Assembly: GCF_006345805.1 (NCBI RefSeq)
Contig: NC_043001.1
Location: 52,824,001-52,888,000 of the forward strand
DNA length: 64,000 nucleotides
Source: Octopus sinensis
Lineage: Eukaryota
Direction: 5' to 3'
Of the stretch, positions 53,151 to 64,000 are shown one piece after another (within the stretch, counting starts at the first letter, position 1; each line of letters opens with the position of its first letter). The notes under the pieces were generated by a model. It did no database searches, was not told the DNA's origin, and saw nothing but the letters and a program-made list of their open reading frames with translations. A program made the translations under genes and the position numbers.

Positions 53151-55832
53151 TCTCAAGGAGACATAGCAGGACAAGGTACATGCTTTTTCTGCCCTTACAC
53201 TCGAAGGTAAACATAAGGCTGCAAATATAGCACTCTAAAACAGGAGCAAACATGCATCCAAACGACTCTATCACATATTCCCATCTGCAAATTCCGAAAT
53301 ATTATCAATGTCCAGAAAATTGATCGTGGCTCAAGTAAGTCACTCACTTACCACCCGGTGGTGGTCAAAGTATATAGTCACTATAAATATTAACGTCAGT
53401 GTATTTAAAACTCTACCATCTTATTCCTATTCATCTAGAAACTTCAATAGTATACCTGACATCAACAGCTCTATATTGATCCGGGAATCATCTTACTCGT
53501 CCAGATCACGCAATTGCCAACTCTACTTCAGAGAAAGGCTGCATAAACTCCAGCTTTACTTATATGATACCCTCGACCTTCTGACTATTACATAATAAAT
53601 CACAGTAATAACTAGATATTAAATTTTGGGGTAATAGTATTAAATTTATGAATACATCCAGTATCAAAATATTCCGGTGTAAAAAGTGTATCAAGCAGCA
53701 TCAATACTTCACTGTGCCATAATATATTGACCTTTCAATGTTGAAGACGGCTTGTTTCATATGCTCAACGTGCTATAGATAAACGAAATACTACATGTTT
53801 CTTTCTTTTAGCTTTTGACTGACAATGCTATGTTATAACTCTTATGCCTCTTGAAAAATATATATATTGCAGATTTCATTTGCGTAGATTGTTTCTAAAC
53901 AGTCTCATTTTCAGCTGTTGATATATTATAGATTTTAGCAATATAAAAAAAGTGGAAGAATATTATATAATTTACTTCTGTTGCTGCGAATATTCATGAA
54001 TCATACTTGCAGGAATGAGTACACGTTTACTACAATTTATCAATCATAATCTAATGAATGAGAAAGTGTTGAGAACAAAGTAGTGATGTTAACGATAATT
54101 TCACGGATGCAGTGTAGCCCAAGTTCTGTCGGTTTAATGAAGTTAATGCAATCGATACTCAGTTTTATATCGAAACGGAACACATAAGCAGTGAAAGAAT
54201 GCAACGAGATTTTGTTACCGGAAAAAGTCTGACACACCAATAATACTTCACTTCATTCAGTGACAACACTTTAACTTATATAAAATAATGACTTGGAGTT
54301 CACATTAAACATCTTAAAAATTAAGAAATCAATAGTGAATGTGGTTTTATTCTAGTGGAACGTAAGTTGATAAAGCGAAAGGTACACAATTATAGATTGT
54401 ATCCGTGAAGTAGAAGGTTACTCATATATGAAAGGTTAGTCAGTAAACGCACAATAACAATCAAGTTTGTATGGTAGTTGGTAGTTTCACTCTATTTCTT
54501 GTATATGCTTGTAATTTTCTCCTTAGATGTGTAGGGAGTATTTCATTAATATTTTATTATATATACCGTTTGAAAATTGTTATATAGCAGGATATTAAGA
54601 AATTTGCTATTCATATATCTTGAGGCGATGGCGTTTATATCAGTGACACCAGTAGTAATAACACAGTAAAAGCATTTTCTCATCAATGTATTGTATTTGA
54701 GGTAACTTTTGACCCGAAAACTGGTTTGTACTATAAGACCACGAATATTTTGTATTTTTTGCTTGGTTCACATAAAATTTTTCTTTCGTATTTTGTTTAT
54801 TTTTGTTTGCTATTTTTCCATTCTATCTCGGCTTTTGTGTTTTTATTGTTATATATTTGTTGTTGTTTTTCAAAATATATGTGTTTTCCACTTTAGATGC
54901 GTAGGTATTAGTATTATTTAGTGAGCGTTTCGTCAGGTGTGTACTACTTCTCACTGACTCCAACTTATGCAATTTTCCATTCACACCGCTAGAGAAGCCC
55001 CAACGAAAATCTGGCAGTAGGCATAAAATTACTGTTGGATTGCATTGGGTTAAATCTGAAGGTGGACGAGTCTTATACTATACTCTACTACCTTCTGAAG
55101 AAGAATGCAGTTAAATTAATAACATCTAAAAAACCTGAGACAATTTGTAAATGCCGCATTCCCATACACATTTATATTTCAAAAATTAACCAAGCAATCA
55201 TTAAATGACATCCAAAATCTGCACAAAAACAAGATATGAAACAGAGCCCTGATTTTAAGAATTAAAATTTACAAATTACCGTGTAAGATGTTTTAATATG
55301 AAGTAAAATAAAATTGATTCAATTTCCATAAGAGAAAAGGCCATTTCAAAACATATTCACAGCATATGTTTATAATACTTCATTAATATGAGAAAAATAT
55401 TGCACAGCAAATAATAAGTGAGCCCGCTCGAGAAAATATTTAATGGAAATAAAAGCTCTGAACTCCCTTTAAATTGATTATAATATATGAGCAACAACTT
55501 TCCTAGATATAATACGTCTCAGAAAAATTACTACATATTGAACATGTCAACACCGTCAGTTATATCTACGAATATTTTTATTAAGAAATGGTCCAAGAAT
55601 CATTGATCAAAATTATGTAATATCCACCGAGGATTGTCGTTGTTAGTTTGAAAAGCGGATACATAACTGACAAAACCTTACTTTTCTTTCAATTTATTTA
55701 AAATCACGGATTTAGAATCCACGAAGAGCTAATTTATATAACTTTAAAAATCATATGCACTTTTATATCTGTACGCTTTGGGCAAGAACATGATATATAA
55801 GGAAAAAAATTGCGATGTTTCCTACCGAAGTA

Positions 55833-56660
55833 CGAGGTTGTATCAAAGGGTTATTGGACTAGTTATGTTTAATAAAAATAGCTTATTCGCCAACGTTTTG
55901 GCAAAGTCCTTAAAAATAGTCACCTTGCCAGCAATATACCGGTCCCAGCGTCTCTGTCACTTTTGGAATCCAGTCCGAAGTTTGATTTCCATAAGCGAGT
56001 CGAGGATCTGCGATTTGCTCTGGATGTCGACGACCTTTCAGCTGCATTTTCACCTTGGAGAAAAGATGGAAGGTGCTAAATCTGGCGAATAGGGTGGATG
56101 CGGAAGCGATACCATGTTTTAGCAAGAATTTCAATGTGAAGAAAACTGAGGGAAGTATTCAATTCTTGCGCTCTACAGACCCGTTCGCTTTCGCCGAATG
56201 TCTTTTCTCCCTCAGACGCTTCAAAACGTGGCAGTAGAGCTCTCAATTGACGGTGTGGGTCTGGGGAACGAATTCGCGATGCACAATACCACATTTATGG
56301 ATGTGATGCTCGTGCAAAGTCTTCTAGATCATCGTCTTCTAGGGTCATTCTTCCGCTATTGTGACGCCTGCGTCACTCCAAACTTTGCATATGACTCATT
56401 GCCTCGTCGCCGCAAGCTTGCTGAAGCATGCTTAATGTCTCTGTAGCAGACTTCCGAAATTTAGCGCAAAATTTCACGTTGGATTTTTGCTCCTGTCCAT
56501 GACAAAATCGCATACTACAGCAGAGACGTAGTCACAAAAACAAAATGCTCACCTTACGAAGAAAACACATTGATGTCACTCGGCACTCTGTCTTGCATAG
56601 ATCACTACTAGCTGTTGGGACGCTACAGAACTAGTCAGGGAAATTCTTCATGCCATCTCG
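55833..56660 (-). mobile_element. Internally deleted, decayed mariner
   Basis: TA|cgagg...gactagtt and aactagtc...ctcg|TA termini; FHLFSKVKMQLKGRR C-terminal motif. Confidence 0.75.
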
Positions 56661-56989
56661 TATTTGACATCTTCCCCTACACACCCCATAAATGTATACA
56701 AGTTGGTGAATTTCTAAAATTATTATATAATGATTAGACCAAGGGGATGTATTTTAGATAAAACAACTCAACAGGCATTTTGTTGTAAGGATGATTCTAT
56801 CCCATTTGAAGGTTTTTCGGTATGCTAAATCTAAAAATAAAATCTATTTTTTACCATCACGGTAGATACCCAAACCCACATTTTCAGAACTTGCCTCATT
56901 TTTCAGAAAAATACGGTGTGAAATTTTAGATGAGTTTTTATTACTATTTATACATAATTTTATGAAGAGTCGGGGAAAATATCGGATTA

Positions 56990-57400
56990 TCAAAGAATGG
57001 ACACAGTGAACACTACTTCCAGCGTCTTTAATATGCTTGAAGAAATTTTAGTTCAAAAGTGAAATATGTTCCTACCTCTACTTTATAACAAAGTTGGCAT
57101 TTTGAAGTAGTTTGTTAACACGCAGTATAAAGATGAATCATACCTTTACTACATCAGCAGTAAATTTCATGATGTGAGCAGTGAAAAGACAAAAGCTGGT
57201 GTATTTGATGGGCATCATTTCAGAAAATTGATATGAGATAGGAAATTTGTACATTCAATAAATTGCATTGAAGCAGCAGCATAGAATTCATTTGAAGCCA
57301 ATTATGTCATCTATAAGCAGTCGACAATGCGCATGAAATAGTCCACAATATGCTGGGCGCAAATAAAAGCATAAAGCTGCACTGTGAAGAAAACTACTCA
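56990..57400 (+). pseudogene. Chapaev3-like (CMC) transposase remnant
   Basis: Frameshifted LPLLYNKVGILK*FV (LPPLHIKLGLMKxFV), SSEKTKAGVFDGHHFRKL (SxAKLKxGIFxGPQIR), IEAAA*NSF, KSIKLH; family name from recall. Confidence 0.6.
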
Positions 57401-60030
57401 GCTACCTTAGAAGTTTTTCAGTAGAAATTAAGAAAAAGCGATTTCCGTATTTCTTTGTGTTAAACCTTGCTCTTCATGAACAAAGCAATACTATGGATCC
57501 AGCATCTTAAACTCTTCGCGTAATGGTCATAAATGGATGTTATTTTGGACTTCTGCCTGTCAAAAAGAAAAACAAAATCCCTCGTTCAGGTCCAAATTTT
57601 TTGATAGCACAAACCATTTCTTTCTACAACCTCGATCAACAGATTATATGCAACTATATACACCATGTCACAACAGAATGTATTTCTGTCATTAGAAGTA
57701 ATTTTAGAAATAGTAACCTATTACTGCAGAAAGAGAAATAAAGTCCATCTACACTAGATGAATTGTGCTATCCAACCAATACTAAGAAAGGTGTTGATTG
57801 CACTTTGCCTGATTTTATGGATCAATCGTATACACGGCTACGAAAATATGACATTTCTTGAATATTTGAACAGGTAACAAACGTATGTAATTGTTCATAC
57901 CCTTTAGCTTTATACAGAAAACATTCTTTTAGCTGTCTTAAATATATGTAGCGTATTCTTTGTTTATATTTCTCAAAGAAATTTTTGTACTTACTTCGAA
58001 AATTTGAAAAAGATTGTAGGTGTAAATTAATTCAATATTGTCAGTGACAGGAGAGCATTGCAAAACTTCTAGTCGTCACAAATATTTGCTTTTAGAATCT
58101 ATTTAACGTACGATGCATGGAGCAATAAAATGCTTTAAAAATAAACATATTTCCTAAGAATGATACCTGATAATTATGTATTACTTCTTCATTTCCATTT
58201 GGATTTATCGATGCTATTTGAATTTTTAACTGGACTTATTTTGCTTGGCACTATCTATTTCCTCATTGGACTCGTTCATGATTAAATAGACTGTCACCAT
58301 GCTCATTCATCATACCTTCTAGCAAGGTGAATAGTGTACCAGATTATTGGTTTACCGATGAGGTACGGCATAATATATTATAATTATAAATGTCATATAT
58401 TAAACAACACACGGACATATCCATATCATGGAGTTTCTCGCTTTTAAAGGCTATGTGAAGCAATGTTTAGTTAGAGATATAATATCGTTTTCAAATAAAT
58501 TCACCTTCTTTCACTTTCTATTTATTGGAACACAGGCCGTACACATCTTCCTCATATTATACTGTACTCTCAAATGATACACGTAGTGTGTGATTAGAGT
58601 ATATAGATATCATACATTAAGAAACAACAAAAGTTATCAAACTCCAGTCTTTCTTTGAGTAAGACAAGGAGTTTTATGGCTCATACATATAAATCACGTG
58701 AATAACGGATCGTTTTTGCAAAAGTAAGTTATACGTGGAATTAGTTTTTGAACTAAGAGGCAAATGTTAGTACTTGTCTTACTAGAATGTATGCAAACAT
58801 GCCACGAAGATGATCCATATCAATGATGTCTACTGGTAGAAACTAGTGGAGAATAATACATTCACTAATCTGGAAGAATGCTGCTAAGAAGAAGTTGTGT
58901 CTTCTAAAAGAATATTCTTCTCTATCATTCAAATAATATGCTATTTTCAAATAGCAGATCTTCAGCTGAGGCTTTAGGCCGAGAATTCTACTTCACGTTA
59001 TTTGCAAAGTTTTCTTTGGTCGTCATCGTCGTTCTGCTCTGTCGCTGGTTTGTCTTCATGAAATAGCAGCAAAATTAATCATTATGAATTTACCGCCAAT
59101 ATTATATCGCTTGTTTCTCTCAGCGCAATGTTATAACAGATTTTGTGAAAATTTGGTCGTGTATAGTCGAATGGAATTGTGTTGAGTATATAAAGATAAG
59201 CGTGTTTAATGCACAACTTTACCTACATTTATAAATCTACCTAAAAAATTCAAAGGACTTTATAGACAATTTGGATGTTGGGTTGGTGATTATTTAACCT
59301 AATCTTTTAAGGAAATGTTATATAGAGCAAATTTTGCACTAGAGCAACATTTAAAAATAATTTAAACATATTCAAACACCAATGCAAAATACAAATTTGC
59401 ATGATGCTACTAAAATTTGGATTGTAGTATAACATTTTGAAGTGTTATAATGCAGTGTTCAAAATGTTCATTTGTGTCCTGACTCCATTTGAAATTGTTT
59501 ACTTTGAACTGTAATTCATGTGATGTAATCCCAGCTTAATTAATATTTGCTAATAAATTATTTGGATTATTAACAACTTTGATTTTAATTCTAATACGTT
59601 ATGTTTATGGGTGAAATGTTACAATTGCGTTTAATGTGCATTAAAATGTTTGTTTTATAAAACTTTTCTTTGGGTTATATAATTAAGAAGATTAAAATAA
59701 TATTTGTTCTTAAGACGTGACTTACTTACAAAGTGCTTTACACATTCATACACCTATCACCGCTGAACCGTTGTGCATATGAAATCTCAATTTATTTGTT
59801 CCTCGAGACTTAATAATTCCAATGCATATAGAGAGCAATTATTTCCCTGTACAAAATCTCTTATTCCTCCAGGAAAACCTAGACGTATAATACTTGCATT
59901 CAACTATGCTTTATCTTTTTTATATATATGATACAGATAACAGTCTTAGCCAATATGTAACTATGTAGATTCATATATACATAAGTATATGTTTATATGT
60001 GTATGTACATGCCTGTGTGCGTGTGTGTTA

Positions 60031-60080
<50 letters not shown>

Positions 60081-60082
<2 letters not shown>

Positions 60083-60785
60083 AACTAAAATCATTGAACA
60101 AACAAATGCAAGGTCATCCGCATATCATTTCATAATTCGAACATTTAATTATAGAATAAACATATAACCCGCAAGATGGAACAAAATTCATATGTATAGC
60201 ACGTAATAATAATAATATGGTGCGAGAAAAATTCTTATCATTAAAAATTTAGAATTAATATTTTAGCGATTCAAAGAAAATACATTAATAAAAGGACGTA
60301 GAAAGTAAAATATAATATAAGTAATATATAAAAATATATAGGTATATAAAAATATAGGCATATAAAAATATATAAAACATATATAAATATATATACATAT
60401 AGGAGCATATAAAAATAAAAATAATATATATATATCATGTAAATAAAGTAAAATAAGGTTCATCATTTAGAAATCTTATTCAGATAAAATAAGCCTTATA
60501 TTTAAGAAGGAAATCATGTTTACTTATCCCTATGCCCATTTCAGGGGTGTATTATGTTTAAAGCACTAGGGTGCATTCAGATAATACCTCCTTCGTCAGG
60601 GTGAAAAAATATATATAAACACAAAGATAGACATCACGCACCAAGCCCGTACGGTGTTGTTTGCTTTCCCACTGTGGTATTCATGCTCGGATAGCCCAAA
60701 ATATGTTTATTGTATAATTAAATGTTCGAATTATGAAATGATATGCGGATGACCTTGCATTTGTTTGTTCAATGATTTTAGTTTG
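60081..60785. mobile_element. 705-bp fold-back/MITE element with 85-bp near-perfect TIRs
   Basis: 60081-60165 vs 60701-60785, one mismatch seen; AT-rich non-coding interior; left end in (TA)n. Confidence 0.85.
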
Positions 60786-60886
60786 ATATTTTTGTCTCTT
60801 CCAATAGAGCACTTCTATAGCAGTCCTATTAAACTTTTTTTTTGTTCCTGACAAGAAACAATTATTGTATTATTAATATCGATATA

Positions 60887-60939
<53 letters not shown>

Positions 60940-60940
<1 letters not shown>

Positions 60941-61750
60941 GAGGGGTGTTCATTAAAGATTTCGTCTGACCAACTGGGATAAACGAACCTTGGTAAAATT
61001 ATAAGTCCTTCTCTAGAGAGCCACCACCTATGGTGACACACTTCTCCCACCATTTGATGCAGCTGAGAAGGCCTCGTTTATAAAAGTCAGTCGGTTGCGT
61101 CTGGAGCCAAAATTTTACTTCGTAAAGAAGTTCATTATCATCTGAGCAGTGCTTCCCCTTTAAAAGAGACCTCTTGTTTGGAAAGAGGTGCAATTCAGAG
61201 GGTGCGAGGTCGGGAGAGCAAGAGGGATGTGAAGAATTTCATAGCTGCCGGAGTGTACATTCATCTGGGCAACATGCGCATTGTGAACTGGGTGGTTGTC
61301 TTGGAGGAGGTGGATTACTTTGATCAGCATGCCATGCGTCTCTCTCTTGATGGCGTCCTGCAATTACTGCAGCAGAGAAGCGTAATATGCCCTGTTAATT
61401 GTGGTGTTCTTTGCTAGGAAACCCATCATCAGTACGCCACGTTAGTCCCAAAACACTGCGAGCATCACATGTTAAGGGATATAAGCCTTCATTGGAGATG
61501 GTAAATTATTATGCTTCCATTGCTGCGGCTGGACTTTAGTCTCAAGATCATATTAACGGACACATGTTTCATCCAGTGTGATAAGGTCTGGCAAAAACAT
61601 ATTCCTTGTTTTCTTGGCATATTGCCAAAAGTGGCTAGGTGCAATTCATTCGTTCCTGCTTCTGAAAAGGTGTGAGCATCCGAGGAATCCATTATGCAGA
61701 CAACTTCCGCATGTACAAATAAACGTGAATGATATTTTTCAGGGAACTTC
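60940..61750 (-). mobile_element. Decayed mariner (DD34D), 5' end uncertain
   Basis: TA|cgaggggtgttcattaaagatttc TIR; HLLQDNHPVH, HLFPNKRSLLKGK, FYKRGLLSCIKWWEKCV. Confidence 0.8.
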
Positions 61751-62949
61751 CCCTTCTCTCTTCACTTTCTTGGACTATATATGTGTGTGTGTGCATCTGT
61801 ATGTATGGATCCTGTATATTCGCGTGCTTGTATATCCGTGTTTGTGTATTTCCTACGCATGTGTGTGTGTGTGAGCGTGTGGTTTTATATTTATGAGCCT
61901 CTGTCTTCTTGTGTGTGCATGTCTGTGTGTGCATATCTGTGTGTGTGTCTGTGTGTTATACAACTATGTACCATGTTTGTATGTACGGATAGATGTGCAT
62001 CTCTATATGTGTGGATCCGTGTCTCCAAATGTGTCCTTGTGTGGAGTAAAGTGTGTGTGTATTATTATTTGTGTCAGTCTCCATTTGCGTATGTGTGCTT
62101 GTCTGTACTTATAACCTATTTACCTATCCGTCTGTATGTTGATCTGTTTATTTTCATATCCATATGCTTACATACAAAAAAATATACATGTGCATACACA
62201 CACTCACACCCACACACACACATACATACATCTATCTACATAAATCTACATAACAGTCCACTAACTATTATACTCTACCTGTGTAAACTTTGGGTATGAA
62301 GGTGTTATATCTACTATGTATATTTCCTATGTATATAGGAAATATACGTAGGACACTGGCAATTAGCATGTCACCATTTTGTGCTTTTTTTTTCGATGGA
62401 TTTCATCCCTGTCTCCAACGGAGATTCTGAATAAGCAAAAAAAAATACTTTTACACATTTTAATACACCCCTTCCTTAACTTTACAATTTCTTTCCTGAA
62501 ATTTTACAACACGGTTTAAAGGTTATATTAAGGAATGCACAAACACACAAAATGGAGAAACTGAAACAAATATGGACGACTTGTTCCGACCCCACCCCAG
62601 ATGTGAACAGCGCGCAAAAATAACCCCCAATTGTTTTACCCCAAAATCCTATATGCGTGGGGTCTACATAGTAAGAGGTATATTTGTAGACAATTTCATT
62701 AAAAAATATCCATTTCCTGAAAGTTAAGACGAATTGAAATGGAAACCGGTGAATTTTCCGAAAATTCTCCCCACCTACTTCTAAAAGACTTTTTCCCTAA
62801 AACGTTTATAGATTCGGTATCTACGTGATATAACACATATTCATAGAAAATGTCATTTAAAAAATATCCATTTTTTTCCTGAAAGTTATCATCATCCCAA
62901 AACTGTGGGGGCGGCAGAACGCCTGTGGTGAGATCGTACCAACTGTCAA

Positions 62950-63561
62950 TGATCTCATAATGCATGTACTCCCGAACATTGCACCAAAAAATTCACCAAC
63001 AGTCAATGGCTCTCTGATCGGGCCGTCTTAGCTCCACGTAATAATGCTTTCAACAAAATCAACTGGGACCTCTTTCAGCTGTTGCCTGGACAAGAATAGT
63101 CTTTCAAATCCCTCGACACTACCATTGATCAAGACCAGGCTGTATTTTTTCAAGCTGAGTTCCTGAAACTCTCTTCAGCCATCTGGGATGCTGCCTCACT
63201 TAAAAAGGGGGTCCCAATCATGCTGCTCAGGAATCTGGATCCACTTCGTCTGTGCAATGGCACCAGAGTGGTGGTGAAAGCGATGCGACCCCATGTCCTA
63301 GAAACAGCAATTTTGACTGGGAACTATAAGGGTGAGGATGTCTTCATTCCATGGATCTCGTTAATCCCATATGACTTCCCCTTTGAATTTAAACGGTTAC
63401 AGTTCCTTGTGAAACGAAGTTTCGCTATGTCAATAAACAAGTCTCATGGGCGATTATATGTAGGATGTTCGCGAGTTGGAAGCCTTCAATATCATTTCAT
63501 TTATACACCAATTAAAGGACACACTCAAAACATCGTATATTTAGAAGCTCCAGATAATTAA
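62950..63561 (+). pseudogene. Helitron PIF1-family helicase C-terminal remnant
   Basis: VLAPRNN...GVPIMLLRNLDPLRLCNGTR...FEFKRLQFLVKRSFAMSINKSHG/RLYVGCSRV; deletion between motifs V and VI plus stops and frameshifts. Confidence 0.9.
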
Positions 63562-63948
63562 GCTGTGATTGATTTCTAAACATTTGTTTAACTCACATCA
63601 TCTGATAGAATTTTTCTCAAATGTACTTATGAACAGGAGGGGAGCGCCCGCAGGCCAGATCTTCTCAAACTTATGCATTTTCAGATTCAACCTGTTTCAA
63701 ATAAGTACTGACAATTGAAGGTGATTGCAAAGGCAAAGAACTACCTGGTCTTTTAAGAATTTTAAATGTGAGAACATCAGATAAAACATGTTATTGACAT
63801 TAATAGTTTGTACCTCAGCTAACTACTGCGAGAACTGCATAATCCATGTTTAATTTAAAAGGCATACGGAAATTTCATTAGTTTCAATAACCTGGGGAAA
63901 CACCGGGTTAATAACGTATAAAGTTTGAAGCTCAGCTACTAGAAGATA

Positions 63949-63993
<45 letters not shown>

Positions 63994-64000
63994 CGTGTAT

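Noticed and set aside
54920-54965. GTCAG/CTGAC stem followed by GAAACG on the minus strand
   Set aside because: The upstream CUGANGA core is absent, so an HHR cannot be supported.
63889-63942. Hairpin plus CTAG as the 3' end of the autonomous Helitron
   Set aside because: The hairpin is about 30 nt from CTAG and the next base is A rather than T, which is non-canonical.

Overview
AT-rich, microsatellite-saturated animal DNA that is almost entirely mobile-element debris. The SINE families and (TA)n load resemble a cephalopod (Octopus-like) genome; this is inference from recognised repeat families, not a database result. No intact host gene, rRNA, tRNA gene or CRISPR array can be supported. Recognisable content: Penelope-like retroelement (PLE) pieces (two GIY-YIG endonuclease copies, one further endonuclease C-terminus, a decayed RT, several pLTR ends next to simple repeats), five decayed Tc1/mariner copies, a decayed hAT/BED transposon, a Chapaev3-like remnant, a PIF1 Helitron helicase remnant, two short non-autonomous Helitrons, an R4/Dong-like endonuclease tail, at least three tRNA-SINE families and several fold-back/MITE elements. 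The most notable signal is about eight type-I hammerhead-ribozyme (HHR)-like motifs in PLE termini. Some carry the compensatory U3-A8 core pair and palindromic stem III. One PLE has long inverted arms that end at its two HHRs, and two (TA)n-flanked head-to-head palindromes also occur. A few weak candidate host exons are flagged at low confidence. Most boundaries are read by eye and approximate.
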